This document shows, piece after piece, positions 1 through 10,370 of a stretch of DNA of 64,000 nucleotides (its first letter is position 1; every line of letters starts with the position of its first letter). A program made the position numbers and the translations under genes. The notes beneath the pieces were generated by a model. That model was not told where the DNA came from, made no database searches, and was given only the letters and a program-made list of their open reading frames with translations. Origin of the DNA: Podarcis muralis (taxonomy: Eukaryota); assembly GCF_964188315.1 (NCBI RefSeq), contig NC_135667.1, positions 27,218,001 to 27,282,000 on the forward strand. Reading direction: 5' to 3'.

Positions 1-894
1 CTGCTATCCGCAGCCTAGACACGGCTAGCGGAGCGCTAATCCCGAAGCTTGGGGCGTGCGGAGCTCAGCGCGCCCCAAGCTTCTGGGCGCCGGCAAGGTC
101 TCCGCTAGCCCTTGCTGGCGCCCAGAAGCTTGGGGCGCGCTGAGCTCCGCACGCCCCAAGCTTCGGGATTAGCGCGGCGCTTCGCTAGCCCTGGGAGAGC
201 CCCGCGACGTCGCGGGGCTCTCCCAGGGCTAGCGAGACCTTGCCGGCACCCAGAAGCTTGGGGCACGCTGAGCTCCGCACGCCCCAAGCTTCGGGATTAG
301 CGCGGCGCTTCGCTAGCCCTGGGAGAGCCCCGTGACGTCGCGGGGCTCTCCCAGGGCTAGCGAGACCTTGCCGGCACCCAGAAGCTTGGGGCGCGCTGAG
401 CTCCGCACGCCCCAAGCTTCGGGATTAGCGCGGCGCTTGACTAGCCCTGGGAGAGCCCCGCGACGTCGTGGGGCTCTTCCAGGGCTAGCGAGACCTTGCC
501 GGCACCCAGAAGCTTGGGGCGCGCTGTGCTCCGCACGCCCCAAGCTTCTGGATTAGCGCAGCGGTCCGCTAGCCGTGGGAGAGCCGCGCGACGTCGCGGG
601 GCTCTTCCAGGGCTAGCGAGACCTTTCCGGCACCCAGAAGCTTGGGGCGCGCTGAGCTCCGCATGCCCCAAGCTTCGGGATTAATGCAGCGCTCCGCTAG
701 CCGTGGGAGAGCTGGGTCTCCCACGGCTAGCGGATAGCTTCCTGAAGCCTGGAGAGCGAGAGGGGTCGGTGCGCACCGACCCCTCTCACTCTCCAGGCTT
801 CAGCGAAAGCCTGCATTCGCTCCATAGGACGCACACACATTTTCCCTTGCTTTTTAGGAGGGAAAAAGTGCGTCCTATGGTGCGAAAAATACGG
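1..894. mobile_element. Right part of a Tc2/pogo-like (Tc1-mariner superfamily) non-autonomous MITE with an expanded palindromic interior; left end lies outside the window
   Basis: Ends ...GTGCGTCCTATGGTGCGAAAAATACGG followed by TA (895-896). The terminal ~95 bp (gcctgcattcgctccata...aaaaatacgg) is shared with the complete element at 8050-8308, which has matching TIRs and TA flanks. Confidence 0.75.
33..735. repeat. GC-rich 128-bp tandem array built from palindromes, preceded by a 59-bp perfect inverted repeat
   Basis: Unit starts at 184, 312, 440, 568 and 696. The first unit contains a 54-bp perfect palindrome (182-235) and every unit carries an AAGCTTGGGG...CCCCAAGCTT hairpin. 33-91 is the exact reverse complement of 117-175. 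Confidence 0.95.
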
Positions 895-3800
895 TAAGCA
901 ATTGTCAGCCTTGCTCCTGCTAAAACCAATGCCTACCAAAACGTCATTCAAACACTGATTCCAATTATGAGCAGATTGCTTGAGTCCATAAATAGATTTA
1001 TGTAGTTTCCATACCTGATTTGATTTACCAACTTTCAATCCTGGCGGTAGCTCCATATAGAGCTCTTCAGCCAAGTCTGAATGAAGATAAGCTGTAGAGA
1101 CATCAAATTGATTCACTTTGAACCCTTTCTGAGCAGCAACTGCTAATAGTGCCCGTAGGGTTTCACTCCTTGAAGTGGGTGCATAGACTTCGGAATAATG
1201 TAACCCCTTTCTTTGCGTAAAACCTTGAGCTACAAGCCTTGCTTTGTACTCTGGTTTCCCCATCGCTGTTGTCTTTATCCTGTACACCCACCTACAACTT
1301 ACTGCCTTGGTACCTTCTGGCAGTTTGGTGATGGAAAACACACCCAGTTCTTTCATAGAATTCAACTCTTTTTGCATGGCCTCACGCCACCTACTGGCCT
1401 CCTCCTGGGGTAATTGCTCAACCTCCTCAAAACTTTCAGGTTCGCAATTTGCCAAACCAGCCCAAACACTAATAGCTTGGTACCTTTCAGGAGGTTTACC
1501 TTTGTTGGTACGCTTGGAACGCCTTAACAGTTCCTGCAATGTTCCTTCAGTTTCCCCCTCTGACCCAGAATCACTAGTCGTCACCTGTTTGTCACTAGTA
1601 GTTGAAGAACTTTCTGATTCTGACTTTACACGTCTCTCTTGCTGTACAGGTGAACTTTTAGAGCTAGAAGATTCTGACTTTACAGACTTGGGTGAACTAG
1701 ACGATTTCTCACCCTCGTCCTCAGACTCAAATTCCTCAGCCTGTTCTGGAACTAATACCTGCCCGGGGGCCTGAGTTTCATTGTTACTGTTCACCACATC
1801 AAATAGTATGTCAGGATTTCCATGAATTTTATTCCAACCATCCTGTTCACAAAATTCCGCACTTCTGCTGATTGTGATTTTCGTTTGATTGCCTTCTACA
1901 TTCACAAATCTCCAACCTTTTGTGTTTGCTTGATAACCACAGAAAAACATTTCTTTAGATCTAGGATCGCCTTTCCTACGTTGTGCCCTAGGCACCAGCA
2001 CATAAGCACGACATCCAAAAACTCTTAGATGATCAATTTTTGGTTTTTTCCCAAATAGCATGAAGTAAGGAGTGTTGCCTACTGTGCTATTGTACACTCT
2101 GTTAAAAGTATAATTCGCATACAGTGCAGCCTCAGCCAAAAAACGCTGTGGAAGTCCAGAATCAAACAGCAAAGCAGCAATGGCTTCCTGTAATGTTTGA
2201 AATTTTCTTTCGGCAACTGCATTCTCCTGTGGTGAATAGGGATTGGTAAGTCTATGAACTATACCTTTCCTTTTTAACCACATCTCCAGCGTGTGGTTCA
2301 CATATTCCCCACCACGATCTGATTGTATTTTACGTACCCTGGTGTCAAATTTACATTCGACTTCTTCAATCCAATCCATCAGGATGGAAGCTGCTTGTGA
2401 TTTTTCTTTCAGAAAGAAAACCCAACTAGCCCTTGAAAAATCATCTACCAAAATTTGCATAAATCTCGCACCTCCAAGCGATTTGACTGGCATAGGGCCA
2501 CACACGTCTGTGTGCACAAGTTCAAAGGGTTTCTTGCTTACTCTATCAGATCTAGGATAGTTACATGTCTTAACCTTGGCATGTTTACAAGCACAACAAT
2601 CCAGAAAATTTGGACAGGGTTTAATGTTACACTCCTCAGCTAAATCTGGCATCTTGCTTACATACTTAAAGCATATATGAGCTAACCTTCTGCGTAGTAG
2701 ATGTGCACAACCTGTATGAGGAGCCTTATTTACACACTTAGCTTGCGCTTCACCTGTTGAACATCTACCTGCTGCTAACTGCTTTTCATCCAAAACAAAA
2801 AGCCCATCCTCACAGGGAATTTTAACTAGCTCCTTCCCCTGTTTTGAAATGTTGCACACATCATTTTCAAACTCAATCTTAAAACCACTTTTTACCAGGC
2901 ATGACACACTCAAAAGTCCATTCTTCATTCCTGGAAGAACAAAAACAGGAAGGTTAGTTTGCAAACAGTTAACATAAATTGTGCCTTTAAGGTTCATTTC
3001 TCGTTTACTATTGTCTGCTATAGTCACGGTTTTTGCAACTGGCAATGTCTTGCAGTTCATCAAGCTGCCACTAGATGTCGCTGGAACTAAACTGTGACTT
3101 GCTCCACTGTCAATTATCCACTTCAAGGTTTGTTGGCTCCTTTTAGGACTCTGTTGTGCTGCCATTGCAGATAGTCCCTTATCAGCACCAGCTCCCCCTC
3201 TGGATCGTTGATTCTTGTAGTTCTCACGTCGTCTTCCCCTGTAGCTCCGGAAACTGGCCTTGGACTGTTGAAATTCCTGTTGCTTTTCTGGACACTTTGC
3301 TATCAAATGAAACCTGCTGCCACATCGAAAACATGACTTGCTGGCCATAGCAGACACTTGTGAGGCTTCCTTACAGCTCTGCCTGCTAGTTCCCCCACGC
3401 TGGGAATTATCTGAACATCCAACCCTTGGGGTATTTGAATCATCAATACTTTTTCGATGATGTTGATATTCTTGCTCACACAATCTACCAGTCACATAAT
3501 TCATATTCAACTGGTCCTCTGGCAAAACTTGTAAAGTTAGTACTAAGTTTTCAAACCCTGCATGCAGGCTGCTAAGCAGAGTATAAACTTTAATATTTTC
3601 AGGAAAATTCACACCTAGAGATGACAGTCGGTTGAAATACTCAGTCATCTGTGACGTGTGTTCAACCACACTATCCCCTGGCTTCAGTTTCAACTCATAC
3701 AAAGCACGTATAATGTTCACCTTCTCTCCGGGCATGGCTCTATGAGCTCCCCAAATTTCAAATGCAGACCTTAAATTTTCCACATGAGGTAATTGGGAAT

Positions 3801-4050
3801 CGTCTATCGATACCATCAACATGCATCTAGCTTTAGTGTCCATTTTATCATGTTCCCTGTTCTGAGCATGTGCAGCAGCCTGTTGTTCTGCTGTGGCATC
3901 TGCTGCAACAGCCACAAACGGCTTTCGCCTCTGGACATAGTCAGCCCACACTTCTTTGGCTTCCAACCAGACTTGAGCCCTCTTAGACCACTGCCCGTAA
4001 TTAGCAGAGTTCAACTTTGTAAAGGGAACCTGGAAATTTTCCACTGCCAT
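895..4050 (-). CDS. Copia gag-pol polyprotein (about 1050 aa open; RT truncated before YVDD, RNase H absent in window)
   Basis: Zinc knuckle CFRCGSRFHLIAKC; protease WIIDSGASH; integrase HTDVCGP / SDRGGEY / ENAVAER (DDE intact); RT KARLVAQGF, YSEVYAP, QFDVSTAYL, IYGLKQS. After DNCL (895) the ORF reads into MITE sequence. Confidence 0.92.
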
Positions 4051-4410
4051 TCTTGGGGTCTCCTGCTACTCCCTCTGTGTGCCCTTGCTTCTCTTTCCCC
4101 TTGGGATTTGTTTTACTCACTTTTCAGACGCCTCCAGCCTCCTCTGAAGCCTTTTAAACTTTTTTCCTCTGTCTCTTCACTAGCAACCTACCACCGTCCT
4201 CTGTTTTTATTAACAAAACAAAAACACAACGGGAGGTCAAGCTAGCCTTTTGCAGCTAATGAAGCTGTAAATCTTCACTTACACAGCTCTCTCAACTTTC
4301 TGCAGCCTCTCAGTTCCTTTAAGAGCTGGATTTACGACCAAGCCGGTCTTCTCTCATCTGAAAGCTGCTTTCACTTTCTCTGCACACAATACAGCTGTAG
4401 AAACGTAGAA

Positions 4411-4422
4411 GGAGCCATAACC
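4411..4422 (-). promoter_or_regulatory. Copia-type primer binding site
   Basis: Minus strand GGTTATGGCTCC matches 10/12 to GGTTATGGGCCC, the Drosophila copia PBS (cleaved initiator tRNA-Met primer); it lies between the LTR and gag. Confidence 0.55.
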
Positions 4423-4776
4423 TAAGAGAGTCTGTGTACTGGTCCAGTAAACGCTTCCGCTGCACCAGCAGCAACAGCTCTCTTTGCAGAGCATTAATTA
4501 AGTCCAGTGCAGAGATTCTTGTTGCAGTACAAGCTTCAAAGTCTCAGCAGCAAGGAAATAATGACACAGGGAAGCCTGTCTTTCCAAAGACAGGTTTATT
4601 GCAGAAAGATAACAGAAACACCTCCGGAGCTTTCAGACATTTTTGCTTCACGCCCCACAGGCAGAGAAAACAAACACTCTTTATATACTGAGCAACTTAA
4701 CAACTTAACGAGCTTGACTACTTAAAGTCACATGACATTGCTAACTTGCCAGCATCTTAGGTTTCACACCCTAACA
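4423..4776 (-). repeat. Putative 5' LTR of the Copia element
   Basis: Minus strand starts TGTTAG at 4776, with TATATAAAG (~4680-4688) and AATAAA (~4596-4601), and runs to the PBS-like motif. The inner end lacks a clean CA, so that boundary is approximate. Confidence 0.6.
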
Positions 4777-4860
4777 GGATACACCATTTACCTTCTCACC
4801 GGAGTGGTACCTATTTATCTACTTGCACTTTGACGTGCTTTCGAACTGCTAGGTTGGCAG
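4777..4860 (-). mobile_element. Sauria SINE internal fragment into which the Copia inserted
   Basis: tttaccttc...ggtacctatttatctacttgcactttgacgtgctttcgaactgctaggttggcag matches 31850-31925 of the full-length copy. Confidence 0.85.
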
Positions 4861-5499
4861 AAGCAAACTAAAAACTGCAAGGAGCGGGAGTTGAAGAAGT
4901 CAGGGAGTGGGAAGAGGGGAATGAGTCTTGGAAGCCATCAAATTTCAGTAAAAGCTTGAGAAGAGCAGAAGGGATGCAATGAGTAATTGTGTAGGAGACA
5001 CAAAATTGTGTAGGAGGCAGCATCAAAAATACCCACCACCACCCACTCAACAAAACATCCAGATTTAGTCATGATTATAGTAGACACATTTTATACACAC
5101 ACACACACACACACACCCCCCATACAATTACTGTTGTTGTTGTTTTTAATGTTGTCCACTGGGGGCAGCTCACAGTTTCATCAGCCCATGCATACATACA
5201 TCTGAAACTAGCACTGAAATCCATGGAACTTATATTAGTCATAATGTGAGCAGAAGTCTGGAAAATGCAACTTAGTCAGACTGCACTTCTCCAGCGATTT
5301 ACTTCTGTCTGATCAGATAGAATTAGGATTGCACCTTGAATTCAGATTGAACTCAGTATATTTACAACAAAGGAAAGGAAGTCCTCTAACACCCCACCAC
5401 CATGAAAAACATAATTAACGTGTATAATCTTATTGTCACAAGGTGACACAATGGCCATTAGACAACTTTAAAAGGGAGTTAGAAAATAAGAGAACAAGA

Positions 5500-5800
5500 A
5501 GAATATTCCTTGAAAGAAGACTGGAAACTGTTTCCTGATTATATGGGTGAAAATTGTGTACATTTAAAAACACTGGTAGCATTAAGATAAATTCAACAGT
5601 GTAAACAAGTTTTGATGGTGTAACAATGGATTACTGAATGGTTTAGTTCATTTAAAATATGCAGGGATGTACGGTATGCAAAATGAACCACAGAAAGAGA
5701 GGAAGGGAAGTCATTGATTCAAGGTTGTTGAAATGAATATTTTGAAATGTAAATTAGAAAAATCTAATAAAAACTATACATAAAAAAACAAAACAAAACG
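5500..5800 (+). mobile_element. L1-clade LINE 3' end fragment (also present in copy 2 at ~10735-11040)
   Basis: Encodes ...KEDWKLFPDYM...LVALR*, like the ORF2 C-termini of the long L1s in this window, followed by an AT-rich 3' UTR and A-rich tail. Confidence 0.6.
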
Positions 5801-6584
5801 GAATTACATTAGAACCCCCCCCCCCCAGTGGATCAAAGTATCCCCAACTATAAGCCAGGATTGATAATAATGAAACATCAACATGCAGAGGAGGTATGAC
5901 TCTGTATACCAGATGTTGAGGACAAATTAGAAGGCAAGGGAAATGCCATCAGTTTCATGGCAGCATCAGGGAGGAGGTCCATGACGGGTGACCATTGTTT
6001 GAAACAAAGAGTATCGGACGAGATGGACCGTTGGCCTGATCTATCAAGACATTTGTTATATTGTTACAGGAGACAAAGTAATAACTGATCTTGTCCTAAA
6101 TTCTCATTTAACATCCTTAGAAGGAACAGGAAAGACAGTAACTCACCATAGCAATGCCTTAATCTTCCAGAGTTTTTGGCACCTGTTCACAAATTTTCCC
6201 TCACTTGTGAAAAATGAAAGACATGAAAATTACCTACAAATATTAGAGAATAGGATAGTGTGTGCCATAGTTTAGGCATTTTAAATAAGTCCACAACTAT
6301 CCCATAGATCAATGAAATTAAAAAGATGCATTGTCTCCATCTAGGGTGAGGGAAGAAAGAAGCTGCAGCCAGGAACAGGACATGTTTGTGGTAGTTTTCA
6401 CAACTGACAAAAAACTCCTGATTCATTGAAGGTTTAGATAACAACATTCTCTAACTTGGTCACTTTCCAGGATTGTCATCTTATCCACAGGGAGATAATC
6501 CACTCTGTACTGTAGTTCATTAGGGAGGACTTGCACATTAGCAATTAAATAGTTTTTTTCTTTCTCCTCAGTGACAAATGAACC

Positions 6585-6744
6585 CAGGGACGCGGACTTA
6601 TAAAAAATATTGGGGGGGCCCGGGAAAGCTCATGAATAATAAATAAGCTCATGAATATGCAAATTAAGTGGCGCCGCCTCCTCGTGAGCGAATAGGGGAG
6701 AGCGTGCTGCGCCTAGCCCCATGGAGTCGGCGCCTATGAGAGAG

Positions 6745-6784
<40 letters not shown>

Positions 6785-7239
6785 GCCAAGCCCCCTTCAC
6801 CGCCTGCCCCCCCCGCCAGCCCCCTCTCCCCTCCTCCCTAGGCGGCAGCTCCGCCATGACCACAAACGGCGGCGGCGGCAGCAGCAGCCGCGCGCGGCCC
6901 GGGCTCCCCTCGCCGGCCGCGGGAGCCAAGGCGCGCGATAATTTGCTTAAATTATGTCAGCGGCGCCCGGCAGAGCAGCCCTCTCGGCCACGGCAGCCCG
7001 GCTCTCCCAGCCCCCGGGGGCCGCCCTCCTCCCTCGCGCACCCGCAGCGTGCCCGCCCGGGGAGGCGGCGCCCCCAGGAGAGGCGGCAGCAGCAGCCGCG
7101 CGCGGCCCGGGCTCCCCTCGCCGGCCGCGGGAGCCAAGGCGCGCGATAATTTTTTAAATTATTGGGGGGGCTCCGCCCCCCCAATAAAATTTTTGAGGGG
7201 GCTCGGGCCCCCTCAGGCCCCATGGGGTCGGCGCCTATG
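6585..7239. mobile_element. Non-autonomous hAT-type DNA transposon, GC-rich, with internal repeats and (AG)n
   Basis: 8-bp TSD AATGAACC at 6577-6584 and 7240-7247; imperfect CA...TG TIRs (10/14); absent from the paralogous empty site at ~11810. Confidence 0.85.
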
Positions 7240-7307
7240 AATGAACCCAAAGATCAGGAAAAAACTGTTTATGTATGCAACAACAGCTGCCCAGATGATT
7301 TATGCCA

Positions 7308-7440
7308 AGCACAGGCAAACTTGGCCCTCCAGATGTTTTGGGACTACAATTCCCATCATGCCTGACCACTGGTCTTGCTAGCTAGGGATCATGGGAGTTG
7401 TAGGTCAAAAACATCTGGCGGGCCAAGTTTGCCTATGCCT
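7308..7440. mobile_element. Short palindromic hAT-like MITE (related copies at ~11880-12004, ~24565-24665, ~28993-29139)
   Basis: ccagatgttttgggactacaattcccatc ... gatcatgggagttgtaggtcaaaaacatctgg inverted arms; recurs several times in the window. Confidence 0.7.
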
Positions 7441-7794
7441 GGTTTACACTTTTGTTCTTCCTGCTCACATGGCAAAAAGAGCTCAGAGGGAAAAGGAGAG
7501 ACTGACACATTTGCAGAGACGTGCAACATTTTTATTTATTTTATTTAAGATATTGAAAACCAAATAAACATGACTGTGCACAACTGGTTCCACACATTTC
7601 AAAGCATGTTTTGATTTCATGCCAGGATTTCAAAATCTTGCTTCCCAGTTCCAGATCTTTAGGTTACACAGGGCAGCACATAAGCCAGGGATGCCATCTT
7701 CATTTCAACATCAGGAAATGGCATTGCATGCAAAGTTGGGTGGGACATGTCCTCCGGCTCACCCATAGCTCTATTCTGGACCATCTGCTTGTGG

Positions 7795-7945
7795 AAGTTG
7801 CATAGCTCAGTTGGTTAGATCGTGGTGCTGATGACGCCAAGGTTGCAGGTTTGATTCCCCTATGGGACCGCTGCCTATTCCTGCATTGTAGGGGTTGGAC
7901 TAGGTGATCCTCAGAGTCCCTTCCAACTCTACAATTCTGTGATTC
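7795..7945 (+). mobile_element. tRNA-derived SINE with CR1-type 3' tail
   Basis: tRNA-like head with A box (tagctcagttgg) and B box (ggtttgattcc), then the CR1 tail gtcccttccaactctacaattctgtgattct. Confidence 0.8.
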
Positions 7946-8049
7946 TGAGGGGGCTGCTCAATTGAAAGAATTGTGTTTCCATAACACTTGCCTTTGTGCT
8001 GCATTTCTAGGCACAGATTTGGGCTTTCCAGTCCATGTCCAAGTATGTA

Positions 8050-8308
8050 CTGTATTTTTCGCTGTATAAGATGCACCAGACCATAAGATGCACCTAGTTT
8101 TTGGAGGAGGAAAACAAGAAAAAATAAATCTGAATCTCAGAAGCCAGAACAACAAGAGGGATTGCTGCACAGTGAAAGCAGTGGTACCTCTTGCTGTTCT
8201 AGCTTCTGGGATAGCCCGCGCAGCCTGCATTCGCTCCATAAGACACACACACATTTCCCCTTAATTTTTTGGAGGGAAAAAGTGAGTCTTATAGAGCAAA
8301 AAATACGG
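8050..8308. mobile_element. Tc2/pogo-like MITE, complete
   Basis: TA-C(T/C)GTATTTTT ... AAAAATACGG-TA termini with an internal hairpin. Confidence 0.85.
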
Positions 8309-8972
8309 TATTTATTTTTGCCTCACCACTTTCCCCATGAAAACCCGCTCTTTGACACTGAATTGGAGCAAGTGGCAATTCATGGAAAACCTGAATTGCT
8401 GTTTGTTCGAATTCAGCAGTAGAGACTGGGTTTTCCTGGGGAATGTGGAGGGACAAAAAATGGAAAGTGCGTGGACACGGGCCAGGGAAGTGAAGACCTG
8501 TGGCATAATCTTTAATGGACTTTAGCCCATATCATCAGACATCTGAAAATGAAGGAATATATGGAAACCTAAGAAGAAATAAGCTAGACTTTAAAGTGCC
8601 ACAAGAGTCTTTGATATTTTTGTTGTGGCAGACTAAAACAGGTTCCCTTCTAGAATTTGTTTGCTCAGGTCCTTCATGCTGTGACTACATTTCTCCAGGG
8701 CAAACATTCAAAATTCCACAACAGCTGAATTCCCAAGCTAAAATGTCAGTGCTCGACATCAGAAATGTTTGTGTTTCATTATTTCACTATCCTTAAACCT
8801 CGCTTTCCTATTTTTCAAGACTTTAGGTGACAAATTATAGGCTTTTCTAGACACAAAAGTATTAGTTGAAAAGACACTTGTGGGGACCAGTACAAATGTG
8901 CACCTATACAAAAATATACATCAAAAGAAAAGGCCAGCATTTCTGATATTAAAGGGATGTGGCTGGTAGGTA

Positions 8973-9908
8973 TCAGAGGTCTCTCTTCCTCCCTGTCACT
9001 TTCCGGAAAGCTTGTTTCACATCCTTATTCCTTAAGCTATAGATCAGTGGATTCAACATGGGTGTGACGGTGCCATAGAATAAGGAAATGTATTTGTCTA
9101 GATCTGAGGATGTCTTGGTTTGAGGCTGTAAGTACATTGACATGGCTGTTCCATAGAATATGGTGACCACCATGAGATGTGAACTACAGGTTGAGAAGGC
9201 CTTGGCTCTGTTCTCTGTGGATTGCATTTTCAACACGGTGGTGATAATACGGGCATAGGTGACCAAGATGAAGCCAAAAGGAAGAAGCAGAGTAAGGATG
9301 CTGGTGGCAAACATTGACACCTGGTTTCCACTAGTATCTGAGCAGGCCAACTTGAGCATAGCCTGGACCTCACATGTGATGTGGTTGATAACATTATGCC
9401 CACATAGAGAGGCCTGTGAGGTGAGAGAAGGTACCAGGATCAGCAGGAAGGAGCTGCCCCATGAAATGGTTGCCATAGCAATGCAAACGTTACTGCTCAT
9501 TATGATATTATAGCGCAGGGGGTTGCAAACAGCCACCCAGCGGTCATAGGACATCATTGCCAGGAGGAAGCATTCTGTCATCCCCAAGAAGAGGGAGATG
9601 TACATTTGGGCGTAACAGCCAGAATGGGAAATGGTGGTCTTGGCTGACAGGCAATGAGCCAACATCTGGGGGATGGTGCTGGTAGTATAGCAGATGTCAA
9701 GGAAAGACAGGTTGCCAAGGAAGAAGTACATGGGGGTGTGCAGGCGGGGGTCCACCACAGCAAGCAAGAGGAGGAGACCGTTGCCCACCACAGTGATGAG
9801 GTAGATGAGGAGAAAGAGGCCAAAGAGGGCGATCTTCGTCTGAGGGTTACTGGAGAGGCCCAACAGGATGAATTCGGTCATGGTAGTCTCATTCTCTCTT
9901 CTTCCCAT
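8973..9908 (-). CDS. Olfactory receptor, class II (gamma group; OR2/OR13-like), intact, 311 aa
   Basis: N-terminal NET sequon, LHTPMYFFLGNLS, MSYDRWVAVCNPLRY, KAFSTCSSHL, PMLNPLIYSLRN; single coding exon; acceptor-like ttcctgtttccgtcccag just upstream of the ATG. Confidence 0.97.
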   Translation of the reverse strand: MGRRENETTMTEFILLGLSSNPQTKIALFGLFLLIYLITVVGNGLLLLLAVVDPRLHTPMYFFLGNLSFLDICYTTSTIPQMLAHCLSAKTTISHSGCYAQMYISLFLGMTECFLLAMMSYDRWVAVCNPLRYNIIMSSNVCIAMATISWGSSFLLILVPSLTSQASLCGHNVINHITCEVQAMLKLACSDTSGNQVSMFATSILTLLLPFGFILVTYARIITTVLKMQSTENRAKAFSTCSSHLMVVTIFYGTAMSMYLQPQTKTSSDLDKYISLFYGTVTPMLNPLIYSLRNKDVKQAFRKVTGRKRDL

Positions 9909-10094
9909 GTTATTTCCTCTAAGCGCTTACCTGGGACGGAAACAGGAAAATAAATTGGAAATAAATAGCCTCACCTGACCCAAGAGTGTTGCATTAATTT
10001 ATATTGCGGCTTACATCTTGTATTATTGCTGAAGCCTCAAGGCTGCTAAGCAATAATGAGGAAAATAAGAATCAGGAAAACCCCCCACAATATT

Positions 10095-10328
10095 AGAAGC
10101 AAACTAAAAACTGCAAGGAGTGGGAATTGAAGAATTCAGGGAGTGGGAAGAGAGGAATGAGTCTATGAAGACATCAAATTTCATTAAACGCTTGAGAAGG
10201 GCAGAAGGGATGCAATGAGTAATTGTGTAGGAGACACAAAATTGTGTAGGAGGCAGCATCAAAAAAAACCACCACCACCCACTCAACAAAATAATCCAGA
10301 TTTAGTCATGCTTATAGTAGACCCAATA

Positions 10329-10370
<42 letters not shown>

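Larger units (their letters stand above)
895..4776 (-). mobile_element. Ty1/Copia LTR retrotransposon (5' LTR, leader, gag-pol), interrupted in RT by the MITE
   Basis: Gag-PR-IN-RT domain order diagnostic of Copia; LTR-like segment and copia-type PBS upstream of the ORF. Confidence 0.95.
4859..7433 (+). repeat. Segmental duplication, copy 1 (OR upstream region; carries a 655-bp insertion)
   Basis: Colinear and highly similar to 10095-12004, from agaagcaaactaaaaactgcaaggag to gggcc(a/g)agtttgc. Confidence 0.95.

Noticed and set aside
105-684. Cluster of similar 60-76 aa ORFs on both strands
   Set aside because: Products of a GC-rich palindromic tandem repeat that lacks stop codons; no protein motifs.
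184-735. Regular palindromic repeats resembling a CRISPR array
   Set aside because: The sequence between palindromes is itself repeated (no unique spacers), the context is vertebrate, and no cas genes are present.
727-894. C-terminal extension of the 1107-aa ORF (PYFSHHRTH...EAIR)
   Set aside because: Read-through into the MITE after the TA at 895-896; not Copia protein.
6630-7365. Several Pro/Arg/Gly-rich ORFs
   Set aside because: They lie inside the TSD-flanked hAT insertion.
7795-7870. tRNA-like sequence (also the heads of the SINEs at 32036, 34152 and 40231)
   Set aside because: No complete cloverleaf, and each continues into a LINE-derived SINE tail.
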